Assembly (NCBI GenBank): GCA_020632515.1
Contig: JACKFK010000012.1
Coordinates: 1 to 57,978, forward strand
DNA length: 57,978 bases
Source of the DNA: Candidatus Omnitrophota bacterium
GTDB taxonomy: Bacteria; Omnitrophota; Gorgyraeia; Zapsychrales; Zapsychraceae
Reading direction: 5' to 3'
The notes under the pieces: model-generated
Database searches by the model: none
Told to the model about the DNA's origin: nothing
The model's input: only the letters and a program-made list of their open reading frames with translations
In this document: positions 48,949 to 57,978 of the stretch, piece by piece
Numbering within the stretch: position 1 is the first letter of the stretch
Layout of the letters: each line of letters starts with the position of its first letter
Translations under genes and position numbers: made by a program

Positions 48949-50840
48949 TATTTGCGTTTTATCAGAGGGATGGTGAGAGTCAAAAATAAAAGCTGTACTA
49001 ATACATAAATCAATAAATTTCTCGCTAAACCAGACGTAAATCCATAGGAATGTAATCCCACACTTAGCAAATTAACCCCAAACCATGCCCACATCACAAC
49101 GATACAGCCAAGAACACTACCGATAGCCAATCCCAACGCTCCAATCATCCGTCCAACTTTTAAATGAAAAAGCATGGCAATCCATAAAACAATCAATAAA
49201 GCCCCGTTCTCCTTTGGGTCCCAGCCCCAGAACCGTCCCCACGAAGCATCCGCCCATATACCGCCTAAATTCGTCCCTAAGAAAGTCATTGTCAAACCAA
49301 AAGCCAAGGTTCCTAAAAGGATCCGTTGCGTTTCCTTAAGCAATTCCTGTTGATGTGGTCGAAAAATACTCTGTAAAATATAAATATGCCCTACAACGCC
49401 AGCGACACAGACGCCTGCATAGCCAATGGTAATTGTCACAACATGCGTAGAAAGCCAAAAGTTTGAATTCAAAACAGCTACCAGCATTTTAAGCGTATCT
49501 CCTTCTGCGGCAAAGCGGCTTGCAATCATCAAGAATACAAAACCACTAATGCTCGAAATAATGAGACCTAACCAATTTTTGCTAAATCGCTCGATAATTA
49601 ATCCAACGAAAACACTGATAAAACTAACAAATAAAAATGTCTCATATAAAGTAGAAACCGGTGGCCTTTGCAAAATAACAACGCGCATAATAAAACCAAT
49701 AGCTTGAATTAAAAAACCACCTCCAACCAAGATCCAAGCAACTCTATAAAAAACTTTGTTCGTCTTGATAAGGGCCATCATGCAGATTAAAAAGGAAAAA
49801 AGGTAAAGAAACTTTGCCCAGAAAAACGCCTGTAATTGATTCGAGAATAATTCTAAACGAAGATATTTAGATCCTGCCCCTTCTCGTTTTAATCGATTTT
49901 CAACAGAATTCGAAAATGAACGAACAGCCAAATCAAAGCGAATTTGATCCCCGCCTAACTTCGCTTGATACATATCCGATAAAAAATAAATTTCTTTTCG
50001 AATATCCGGATCATTAAAACTAAAATGAATTGTATCCCAAGGGCTTAACCAATCATGCGTTTCATGTTGAAAAAACGGGATAATATGAATGGGAAGATTA
50101 TTATAATACATCGACCACGAATATAAATTTGAAATAAGTTGATAGGCTTCCTTTTCTGTTTCAGTCCATAAAGAATTTTCCTTATTTTCTAAATCCCTCG
50201 TTAATTCATTTAATTTCTCAGCTCTTAATGCCACCATTAAAAAATTAAAATAATTCTGCGCTTCTGGAAATTCCAATTCTTTTTTTAACGTTTTATTTTG
50301 AATTTGAAAATCAGGATGCGGCGCCGCAAATTGAAAAACATGTGTTAATTGAATAAAAAGGCGTATATTTGATTCAACTCGAATGATCTCATTTTCAACA
50401 ATACTCCGATTCTTTTCGTCAATATCCCAAGCCCGTTGCGCTAAGTCGATCAATAAAGGCAAACCCTTTTCCAATTGAGCAAAACTATACCGTCGCCCCT
50501 TCTCAGGTTCAATACCCAAGGTTTCAGCAATTTCTGGATTATTAATTAAAAAAACTTTTTGTTCCAATAATTCAGGGTTTCCGAATAACACCCCTGTTAA
50601 CCACCGGATCGGTTCCTGCTTTTCATATTTTCCCTTACCGGAAAATTGCAACAAAACATGCCGAGCATAGGTATCCATAGGCTTAACACGGCCATTATGT
50701 AAAATTGCTATTGCGGAAAACTCTTTAAGCGATTTCAATTCGGCCGGTGGTTTTGCATTCAAAGGACAAATCTCCTGTGCTGAGCAAACACCCCACAACA
50801 AAACCCAAAGGAAAAAAGTTATAAAATTTTTCTTAAACAT
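48948..50840 (-). CDS. ccsA: System II cytochrome c synthase, large CcsA form
   Basis: WLSTHVVTITIGY and WADASWGRFWGWDPKE (WWD domain). Confidence 0.92.
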   Translation of the reverse strand: MFKKNFITFFLWVLLWGVCSAQEICPLNAKPPAELKSLKEFSAIAILHNGRVKPMDTYARHVLLQFSGKGKYEKQEPIRWLTGVLFGNPELLEQKVFLINNPEIAETLGIEPEKGRRYSFAQLEKGLPLLIDLAQRAWDIDEKNRSIVENEIIRVESNIRLFIQLTHVFQFAAPHPDFQIQNKTLKKELEFPEAQNYFNFLMVALRAEKLNELTRDLENKENSLWTETEKEAYQLISNLYSWSMYYNNLPIHIIPFFQHETHDWLSPWDTIHFSFNDPDIRKEIYFLSDMYQAKLGGDQIRFDLAVRSFSNSVENRLKREGAGSKYLRLELFSNQLQAFFWAKFLYLFSFLICMMALIKTNKVFYRVAWILVGGGFLIQAIGFIMRVVILQRPPVSTLYETFLFVSFISVFVGLIIERFSKNWLGLIISSISGFVFLMIASRFAAEGDTLKMLVAVLNSNFWLSTHVVTITIGYAGVCVAGVVGHIYILQSIFRPHQQELLKETQRILLGTLAFGLTMTFLGTNLGGIWADASWGRFWGWDPKENGALLIVLWIAMLFHLKVGRMIGALGLAIGSVLGCIVVMWAWFGVNLLSVGLHSYGFTSGLARNLLIYVLVQLLFLTLTIPLIKRK

Positions 50841-50847
50841 ATCGATA

Positions 50848-51975
50848 TTATTTCTTTTTTTGAAAAGATGAACTCATAAAATGAATAACAAGGCCGGCAA
50901 ATGTTAGAAAACAGGCAAAGTAAGGCAAAAACTTTCCTGGATTTTTAACAACCGCTAAAGTCGAATATTCCCGCGATAGTTTGTCAATCGCGTAAGATGC
51001 TTGATAAAAGGTATAATCTTTGTACCGTAACGGATGATTCATATAAATCAAAACCTGACGCTTTAACCCGTTTGCATCAATCTCTACTAAGCTCTCATAA
51101 CTTTTCGCCATATCTGTTCCCGGATATTTCTTCATCCTGAAATCAACAAGTTTTAATGTCAGCGGCAATTCATGTCGTTTTTTGCGTAATTGAAAATAGA
51201 CTATTTCATCATTAATACTTAGTCCTGTCGGTCGAACTTCCCCGCCAAATAGTAAAAGATTTTTGAGCTCGCCTTTTTTATCCTTAAGCAGAAAAGTTCC
51301 TCCTGCCATATTTTTTTCCGGTTCAATATTTGGAGATATTTTCTTTAATGATTTTATTCCGGAAGCATTTAAATATTCTGTGCCTTCTTGCGGCTGTTCC
51401 AAATAAGCGTCGCTGTTGGTTAAAAATTGCGTTACATGAAATTCTAATCCAAAATCATTAAGCTGCAGACTAAAACCTGGTTTCAAGAGTTTAGCATCCA
51501 CACTCGTCACATTTCTTGGATTATCTTCTCCTTTCCAAATCGACACTTCCCAATCACGATAATAAGATGATAAATTTGAACCTGCCCCTTCTAATAATTG
51601 TAAATACGTTTCTTTTGTCGCGTGAAATGTAACAAACGCCGCGAAAAAATATGACAATAAACCAAGATGTATAATAATGATTCCAATACTTTTTAATTTG
51701 TAATGAATAAACCGCGTTACCGTCACCGCCAATAAATTAAAAAAGAAAACCCATAATACCAATCGCGCGCCAGGAAAAGGAATAAAACCAAAACCTAAAA
51801 AATAAAAGGAAAAAAAGAATTTTTCCTGAGCCGCATACAAACCGTTCCCCACCTGATCAATCGTTCCCCACAAAGTCAAAATGAACAACAGAGCTAAACA
51901 TATGACTGTAATCTTTAAAGACGCCATAAAACGGACAAGGGGATTCTTAGCGAGATTTTTTATAAATAAATTCAT
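50848..51975 (-). CDS. resB: ResB/CcsB-like cytochrome c biogenesis protein
   Basis: SLKIT, WGTIDQ, IHLGL, MNHPLRYKDYTFYQAS. Confidence 0.85.
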   Translation of the reverse strand: MNLFIKNLAKNPLVRFMASLKITVICLALLFILTLWGTIDQVGNGLYAAQEKFFFSFYFLGFGFIPFPGARLVLWVFFFNLLAVTVTRFIHYKLKSIGIIIIHLGLLSYFFAAFVTFHATKETYLQLLEGAGSNLSSYYRDWEVSIWKGEDNPRNVTSVDAKLLKPGFSLQLNDFGLEFHVTQFLTNSDAYLEQPQEGTEYLNASGIKSLKKISPNIEPEKNMAGGTFLLKDKKGELKNLLLFGGEVRPTGLSINDEIVYFQLRKKRHELPLTLKLVDFRMKKYPGTDMAKSYESLVEIDANGLKRQVLIYMNHPLRYKDYTFYQASYAIDKLSREYSTLAVVKNPGKFLPYFACFLTFAGLVIHFMSSSFQKKK

Positions 51976-52637
51976 AAAGCAAGAGATTGACAAAGGATTT
52001 TAAACTTATTTAAACTTTTCTGGACTGTTTGCTTAGAACCGGTCATTTTCACAAAAACAACTTTATCCGCCGTTTCTAATATCGCTCCAATAGCGGATGG
52101 AACATCTGATGCCTCATTCTTCTGAAAATACGTCAAATCTAAAAGTTTAATTTTTAATTTGGATGTTGTCAGCATTTCTTCCTGCGCATCTAGAAATTGC
52201 TGTAAATCCTCTTTTGCTGGCGCGGGAATATTAATTTGTCCCAACCATCGTATAATATTGGCTTCAATTCCTCCAGCTGCTCCGCTTAAAGAAATAATCG
52301 ATACCTCCAAATCTTTCTCATTTGGATTGCTCGAACGAAATGTTGCCTGCCGCATACCGGACCCAGCTTCTTCTACCCACCCTTCGGGAACAACCCACCT
52401 TAAAGACACCTTTGCTGTGGACTGATCTAAAAGCGCCTGCATCTGCGGGTTATCTTTCGCTAATTGCTTCATATCCGCTTTGGTTTTCATAAACGCGTGC
52501 GGATCCTGCCCATCAAGAAATGGGGCATCAATATCTGGTTCAATAATGACTTCCCTATATTGAGAAACCAACTGTGGACGATCGCAAGAAATTAAAAAAA
52601 CTAATGTAATGAAGAAATAAATAAAATAATTACGCAT
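51972..52637 (-). CDS. Hypothetical lipoprotein heading the ccs operon
   Basis: Lipobox FLIS-C from ATG 52637; VPEGW, MRQATF, ANIIRW.GQ, FVKMTG; ATGA overlap with resB. Confidence 0.75.
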   Translation of the reverse strand: MRNYFIYFFITLVFLISCDRPQLVSQYREVIIEPDIDAPFLDGQDPHAFMKTKADMKQLAKDNPQMQALLDQSTAKVSLRWVVPEGWVEEAGSGMRQATFRSSNPNEKDLEVSIISLSGAAGGIEANIIRWLGQINIPAPAKEDLQQFLDAQEEMLTTSKLKIKLLDLTYFQKNEASDVPSAIGAILETADKVVFVKMTGSKQTVQKSLNKFKILCQSLAL

Positions 52638-52725
52638 TAAAGTTATGATTAATTTAAATTGATAGGAAAAGAATAGATATATAATAAGCACATTTAGAAA
52701 GAAAAGCAATTATTTATACTACTTC

Positions 52726-52753
52726 TTGTTAATTTATGTAACTGAATTATAAT
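52726..52753 (+). promoter_or_regulatory. Putative sigma70 promoter for the ABC genes
   Basis: TTGTTA-16 nt-TATAAT. Confidence 0.4.
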
Positions 52754-52803
52754 GAATTTAATTATAAACTCCTACATTAAATTCAAATTAATCACATTCT
52801 AAT

Positions 52804-53745
52804 ATGATCAAAATTAATTCCCTACGAATCGAGTACGACGAAATCACTGCCGTTAAAGATCTTTCCTTAGAAATTAAAAAAGGACAAATCTTCGGTTTGG
52901 TCGGTCCCAACGGCGCGGGAAAAACATCAACAATCAAAGCCCTTGCAGGAATCTTAGAACCAACGTATGGTGAAATTCTAATCGACGGTGTTGATCTTGA
53001 ACTAGAGACTCAACGCGCCTTACAAAGCATTGGCTACATGCCTGATTTCGCTCCTGTTTATGAAAATCTAAAAGTCTGGGAATATTTGGATGTATTTGCC
53101 AGCGCATATCTTCTTAACCGTGAATTACGTAAATCCCGCATTGACGAATGGATTACTCGAGTCAATCTAAGAGATAAACGCGATACTTACATCAAAGAGC
53201 TTTCCCGAGGGATGCGTCAACGCTTGGTATTAGCTAAAACCTTGTTGCATGATCCCAAAGTATTACTTCTCGATGAGCCGGCTAGTGGACTTGACCCCAG
53301 CGCTCGACGGGAAATGCGGGAGATTCTCAAATCTGTAGCGAAAGAAAATAAAGCTATTATTATTTCCAGTCATATCCTTACAGAATTAGATGATTTCTGC
53401 AACTCGATCGGCATTATGCAAAAAGGAATGATGGTTGTTTCCGGTTCCTTAGAAGAAATCCGCGCCAAAGTCAAAACCTTAGGATTGCTTACCATTCGCC
53501 TAAGCGAAAAAAGTCAGGATTTAGCCAATAAAATCCTTCAATTTTTAAGCAACTCAAAATTAATATCCAATTTACAAGGCGTAACTCTTACTGAATACAA
53601 AATGAACTTTCAGGGTGATGAAACCCAGTGCACCTGGCTTTTAGATCAATTAATCAAACATGAAATACCTATTTATGAATTTTTCCTGGAAAGACCCAAC
53701 ATTGAAGATATCTTTTTTCAAATCGGAGCTAAAGAAGTTTCATGA
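52804..53745 (+). CDS. ABC transporter ATP-binding protein (ABC-2 exporter type)
   Basis: GPNGAGKT, LSRGMRQR, LLLDEP, SSHIL. Confidence 0.93.
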   Translation: MIKINSLRIEYDEITAVKDLSLEIKKGQIFGLVGPNGAGKTSTIKALAGILEPTYGEILIDGVDLELETQRALQSIGYMPDFAPVYENLKVWEYLDVFASAYLLNRELRKSRIDEWITRVNLRDKRDTYIKELSRGMRQRLVLAKTLLHDPKVLLLDEPASGLDPSARREMREILKSVAKENKAIIISSHILTELDDFCNSIGIMQKGMMVVSGSLEEIRAKVKTLGLLTIRLSEKSQDLANKILQFLSNSKLISNLQGVTLTEYKMNFQGDETQCTWLLDQLIKHEIPIYEFFLERPNIEDIFFQIGAKEVS

Positions 53746-55355
53746 AAATTCTCGAACCACAAAATAATGCTTTATTCCTTGCCTATTGGCGTGAACGTAT
53801 GCGACCAGGCCCTCTTTTTTCTGCTTTTCTATTAATCAGCGTTATTGTCCTTTTGATTTTCGCCAATGGCCTGATGAACCCTGAGTATGTGTATCATTAT
53901 GATATCCATACAGGCGATCATTCCCAAAGAACACTGTTAGCCTGGCCTAAAAAGGTTTTGCTTGATTTATGTTACCTGCAAGGAACTATTATTTTACTTT
54001 TTGGCTCAGTATCCGTCTATCGCAAAGCAGCCCGAGAACGTTCAAGCAAAGTGATCGACTTTCACCGCTGTTCTCCAACTTCACGAATTGATCAAGCCTT
54101 AGGAATGCTTTTTGGCGGAGCATGCCTAGAATGGACTTTATTCATAGCCCTAACACTCATTGAATTCTTCCTGCTTACCTTTTCCTATTTACCTTACGGA
54201 TTCTTTCTCCAATTTATTGGTGCGTTAGTGATCTGCGCCTTATTTTTTCACTCGTTATGTATTCTCATCGCGATTTCCCAAAATCATTCCACACAGTCAC
54301 GCGTCGGTGTTGTGGGCCTCCTTATCCTTTTATATTTTGGCATTACTCTATTTACCGCATCCAAGCTATCATTTTTTTACCATATGTCCTGGGTTCCCGC
54401 CTTTGATCAACTAACACTCGCAATTAAAGGAGAACGCTATCACTACACCCCATACTATTTTAACCAACGAAAAATTCTTTATATGTTTTTTGGTTATAAA
54501 ATCAATTCTTTCTTTTTTCAAAGCATGATTCAAATTCCTTTTATCGCTCTTTTTATTCATGCTATCAAACGAAAAATCTCGGCCATTGATCATCCTCCCT
54601 TTTCTAAAGGCCAGACATTGCTCAGCATTTTTTATCTCCTCTTTCTCTTTTCTGGCAGCGCAATTTCAGCGATTATCCATGAAGAAAATTATAACCCTTT
54701 TCAGAATTACCACTACAGTCACATCAAAGAATATTTACTTTCTGGCTTTTTTTATCTTACAGTTACCTTAGGTATTCTTGGCGCTTTTTTAATAACACCT
54801 GACCGCAGTGTTTATAAAAAAGGTTTAAAACGTTGCTTAAAATTAAAAGTTCCTCGTCTTCGTTCCGGAGAAGATCCAAGTTTAAATATTAAATGGCTCT
54901 TTACTCTTTGTTTCATTATTTTCGTAAATTATATCCTTTACGCCCTTATCTTCAAAATCAGTTTCTTGACGGGCTTTCTGCATTTACTCATCCTCATGAG
55001 TTATCCTCTCTCTTTTGGATTTCTCTATCAATTTTTTCAACTCTCCCAATTCCAGCACAAAAGACTTATCTTTGGGACGATCTTGTTAATTTTCTGGATT
55101 GTCTTGCCGATCTACAGCAATATCATTAAATTTAAAGCTAAAGCCTCTTTGCTTTATCTTCTCTTTACTGCGCCTTCCCCATTCTTCGGCGGCATTATTG
55201 CTATGATCCAATCCATAACCAAAGTGCCACACACTGACTTAAAAGAGCTAATCTCTTATACTGTTATTTCAGTAGTCATAACATTATTTTCATTGGGGTT
55301 AGTATACTATTCGCGAAATCAGCTTAAAAACAAAGTTCTTAAAGAAGGTATTTAA
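53742..55355 (+). CDS. ABC exporter permease-like membrane protein
   Basis: More than 10 TM; ATGA overlap with the ATPase gene. Confidence 0.7.
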   Translation: MKILEPQNNALFLAYWRERMRPGPLFSAFLLISVIVLLIFANGLMNPEYVYHYDIHTGDHSQRTLLAWPKKVLLDLCYLQGTIILLFGSVSVYRKAARERSSKVIDFHRCSPTSRIDQALGMLFGGACLEWTLFIALTLIEFFLLTFSYLPYGFFLQFIGALVICALFFHSLCILIAISQNHSTQSRVGVVGLLILLYFGITLFTASKLSFFYHMSWVPAFDQLTLAIKGERYHYTPYYFNQRKILYMFFGYKINSFFFQSMIQIPFIALFIHAIKRKISAIDHPPFSKGQTLLSIFYLLFLFSGSAISAIIHEENYNPFQNYHYSHIKEYLLSGFFYLTVTLGILGAFLITPDRSVYKKGLKRCLKLKVPRLRSGEDPSLNIKWLFTLCFIIFVNYILYALIFKISFLTGFLHLLILMSYPLSFGFLYQFFQLSQFQHKRLIFGTILLIFWIVLPIYSNIIKFKAKASLLYLLFTAPSPFFGGIIAMIQSITKVPHTDLKELISYTVISVVITLFSLGLVYYSRNQLKNKVLKEGI

Positions 55356-56713
55356 AGAAGAGATTTGTTAGCAGAATGATACGCATTTTCAATACAGTCA
55401 TTAAAGGAAATCCCTTTAAGATAGTTCGCACAGAAATGAAGCCGCGGAAATTGAGCAGCGAGCTGCTCCAATTGATCTCGTAATGCTAAATACGTTTGAG
55501 TATATTGAGGAATTCCACGCCGCCATTTTTTAATATAAACTTGTTTCGGTGAATCTTCTGCTTTTAAAACCTGATTTATTTCTTGTAAAGCTAATGCAGA
55601 AATTTCATCCTCGGATAAATCTTCAACTTCTGGATGACGACTGCCACCAATCATCACCCTGACAAGAATTTCATCCTCAGCACAACGATTTGCAAAAATT
55701 AAACTTTCAAATAAAACTCCTAAAGTTTGCCGCCTTTCACTAGAAGGGATCAAATAACCAAAACCTTGCGGAAAATTCTTAAATGCACTTTTAGCGTAAA
55801 CCAATCCCACAACCGCAATAGGCGCGTATTCAAATTGATTTAACAACTCCGCCAAGTCTTTGTTAAGTTCTTTTAATAAATAACTGCTACCATACGCAGG
55901 CGCACAAAGAAAAATTTCATCAGCGTCATACATCTGACCATCATATTTAAAACAATACTTCTCTTCCTTTTGTAAAATTGATGCCACGTCTATTTTTGTA
56001 TGAATATATACCCGATACATTGTATACAGTTTTTCGATCACAGATCCCATGCCATCTTTAAGTGAAACTAATTTCCGTTTAATTTTCTTATCGCGTTTTT
56101 GTTTAAACAATCCTTTGATAACCGACCCGTATGTCTGTTCAAGTGCATAGATTTTTGGAAAAGCCGCGCGTACACTAATCTTCTTTGCATCGCCGGCATA
56201 AATTCCACTGACCATAGGATCTAAAAATAATTGCGCAACCCGTGGCCCGAAGCGCCGCTGAAAAAAGTCAAAAACACTTTCCTTTGGATCTGTTCCTGCT
56301 TTCTGAAAAAACTCTTGAAAAATGCGAATCTTTTCCCTGGCGCTGAATAATGGAAATTTAAACAATGCCACTGGATTCATCGGAACCGGATATAATTGAT
56401 TTTGATACGAAATAAAACGCTTTTTGGCTTGAGCTGAAGCAACAATGAGTTGATCTGCTATCTGAATTTCATGAAAAAATTCCAAGGTAAGAGGATTGAT
56501 GGTCAGAAATCCATTTGGTCCATGTTCAAAGAGATGTTTATCTACTTGCTGAGAATGAATGGTTCCGCCAGGAAACTTTTCTTTCTCAAATAATTTAATC
56601 TCAATATCGTCACGTTTGCAATATTTTCTGCAAAGATAATGCAATGTCGCCAGGCCACTAATGCCGCCACCTATAACTGCAATGCGCTTAAACTTTGATT
56701 TTTTTAAATTCAT
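55352..56713 (-). CDS. hemY: HemY-type protoporphyrinogen oxidase
   Basis: IGGGISGL, GGTIHS, EHGPNGF, GIYAGD, GFGYLIP, GIPQY. Confidence 0.92.
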   Translation of the reverse strand: MNLKKSKFKRIAVIGGGISGLATLHYLCRKYCKRDDIEIKLFEKEKFPGGTIHSQQVDKHLFEHGPNGFLTINPLTLEFFHEIQIADQLIVASAQAKKRFISYQNQLYPVPMNPVALFKFPLFSAREKIRIFQEFFQKAGTDPKESVFDFFQRRFGPRVAQLFLDPMVSGIYAGDAKKISVRAAFPKIYALEQTYGSVIKGLFKQKRDKKIKRKLVSLKDGMGSVIEKLYTMYRVYIHTKIDVASILQKEEKYCFKYDGQMYDADEIFLCAPAYGSSYLLKELNKDLAELLNQFEYAPIAVVGLVYAKSAFKNFPQGFGYLIPSSERRQTLGVLFESLIFANRCAEDEILVRVMIGGSRHPEVEDLSEDEISALALQEINQVLKAEDSPKQVYIKKWRRGIPQYTQTYLALRDQLEQLAAQFPRLHFCANYLKGISFNDCIENAYHSANKSLL

Positions 56714-57689
56714 GCACTTTATCTACAACAAACTTAAGTTTATCAACTTCCACGTCGGGAAAAACACCATGACTTAAATTAAAAATATACCGCTGGTGCT
56801 GGCTGCCTCCAAGTAAAATCTTTTCAACTTCTTTTTCCAATTGCGGATAATCCAAGTAAAGATTTCCGTTGAATAAATTTCCCTGAACCCCTTTTTGAAT
56901 TTGATTCAATGTTGCTGGCGTGCCCAAATTAACCGTGTGGTCAACGGAAAGAAAATCAGAATTAACTAAATCCAACAACGATAAAAGATGCGCTGTATTA
57001 CGGACAAAATAAATTGACGGCACTTTAAGGGCCGCAAAAATTCTTTGAACATAGGGCAAAACTAAATCCTTAAAATCTTCCTGGCTTAAAATTCCGGCAC
57101 AGGTATCAAACAATTGCACAACATCCGCGCCTGCTTTAATCTGCTGTTGCAGATATCGAATTGTATTTATTGTTAAGATTTCCATAAGTTGATGAAAGGC
57201 GTCTGTTTCCGCTTTCATATACTTAAATAATTTCTTATAACCAACAGAAGATCCCCCCTCAATCAAAAAGGATAAAACAGTAAATGGAGAACCCGCAAAC
57301 CCAATTAATGGAATATTCCGCGTCAATTTGTTTTTGACTTGTTTAATTGTTTCTGTAATATGTCCTATCTCTTCATGGTCATGAACGTCTTTCATTTTAA
57401 AATGCGTATCAATGACCGGCCCTTTTCGATCATCGAAACCAATCTTAAACCCCATAGCACCTGGTAAAGTCAGAATATCGGCAAAGAGAATCGCAGCATC
57501 AACCCCCAAAATATCAATCGGTTGACAAGTAATCTCTGCTGCTAAATCTGGCGTTTTAAACATCGTTTCAAGAGAATGCGCCGCCTTGATCGCCTGATAT
57601 TCAGGCAAGTAACGTCCAGCTTGGCGCATAAACCAGACTGGAATCGTTTCATTTGTTCCAGCAAAAGCCTCAAGGAATGGTGAGTTCAT
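56688..57689 (-). CDS. hemE: Uroporphyrinogen decarboxylase
   Basis: PVWFMRQAGRYLPEY, AAILFADIL, IGFAGSPFT, FNLSHGV. Confidence 0.95.
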   Translation of the reverse strand: MNSPFLEAFAGTNETIPVWFMRQAGRYLPEYQAIKAAHSLETMFKTPDLAAEITCQPIDILGVDAAILFADILTLPGAMGFKIGFDDRKGPVIDTHFKMKDVHDHEEIGHITETIKQVKNKLTRNIPLIGFAGSPFTVLSFLIEGGSSVGYKKLFKYMKAETDAFHQLMEILTINTIRYLQQQIKAGADVVQLFDTCAGILSQEDFKDLVLPYVQRIFAALKVPSIYFVRNTAHLLSLLDLVNSDFLSVDHTVNLGTPATLNQIQKGVQGNLFNGNLYLDYPQLEKEVEKILLGGSQHQRYIFNLSHGVFPDVEVDKLKFVVDKVHEFKKIKV

Positions 57690-57692
57690 TGT

Positions 57693-57977
57693 CTAAACTG
57701 TTCGTGAAAAACGATTTTTATTTTCATTATTTCTCGGCAAATAAGCATCAAAGCCCATACAAATATTACGAATAAATAACTTTCCTAGATCTGTTACGAT
57801 AATTTTATCAGAAGAATTCATTAATAATTCTTGATTTACGCAATTCTCAATATGCTTTATCTCGTGAGAAAAATACTCATGAAATGACTGCTTAAATACT
57901 TCATAAAATTCATTTTTATCAATCTCAAAGCGACACATAAGCGTTCGAATCACCCATTGACGAATCTGATCATCGAT
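57693..57977 (-). CDS. hemN: Oxygen-independent coproporphyrinogen III oxidase, C-terminal part (truncated by the window)
   Basis: DDQIRQWVIRTLMC, GKLFIRNICMGFDAYL, RFSRTV; frame open to the edge. Confidence 0.88.
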   Translation of the reverse strand: MDDQIRQWVIRTLMCRFEIDKNEFYEVFKQSFHEYFSHEIKHIENCVNQELLMNSSDKIIVTDLGKLFIRNICMGFDAYLPRNNENKNRFSRTV

Positions 57978-57978
57978 T

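Noticed and set aside
52804-55355. Horizontal transfer suggested by C-rich composition
   Set aside because: The plus-strand genes at the left end look similarly skewed, so replication or coding-strand bias explains it; no integrase or flanking repeats were seen.

Overview
AT-rich bacterial chromosomal window with no rRNA, tRNA, CRISPR array or recognisable transposase. From 57978 down to about 3740 almost every gene is on the minus strand, forming a bioenergetics super-cluster. In transcription order: hemN(partial)-hemE-hemY; an antiparallel ABC pair; lipoprotein-resB-ccsA-moeA-mobA-like-moaD; an orphan gene preceded by a candidate structured RNA; a GDPD gene and hemA; a chemotaxis locus (cheV, PilZ, MCP, cheW, cheR, cheB, double-Hpt cheA, cheD, cheC, cheY); a CBS protein; a membrane-domain-fused ferrochelatase, a TMEM14 homologue and a CPA2-EIIA antiporter; a complete F1Fo ATP synthase operon; a b6f-like Rieske/cytochrome b complex with an octaheme c subunit and three accessory genes; an ECF sigma/zinc anti-sigma-vWA pair; and a cupredoxin-led aa3-type heme-copper oxidase operon with ctaA, ctaB, sco and DUF420. 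The left end carries plus-strand genes (SGNH-like fragment, B12 radical SAM, 7Fe ferredoxin, small membrane proteins). Strongest leads: (1) oxidase subunit I keeps the D-channel and all metal ligands but has Val at the normally invariant K-channel Lys; (2) a TMEM14-family gene directly follows a ferrochelatase carrying an extra membrane domain; (3) the heme-ci-type Rieske/b6 complex has an APWY Qo motif and unexplained accessory genes; (4) a ~150-nt hairpin RNA begins exactly at a predicted +1. Gene style suggests a PVC-related lineage such as Omnitrophota, but that is a guess. All family calls are by motif recognition; no searches were run.
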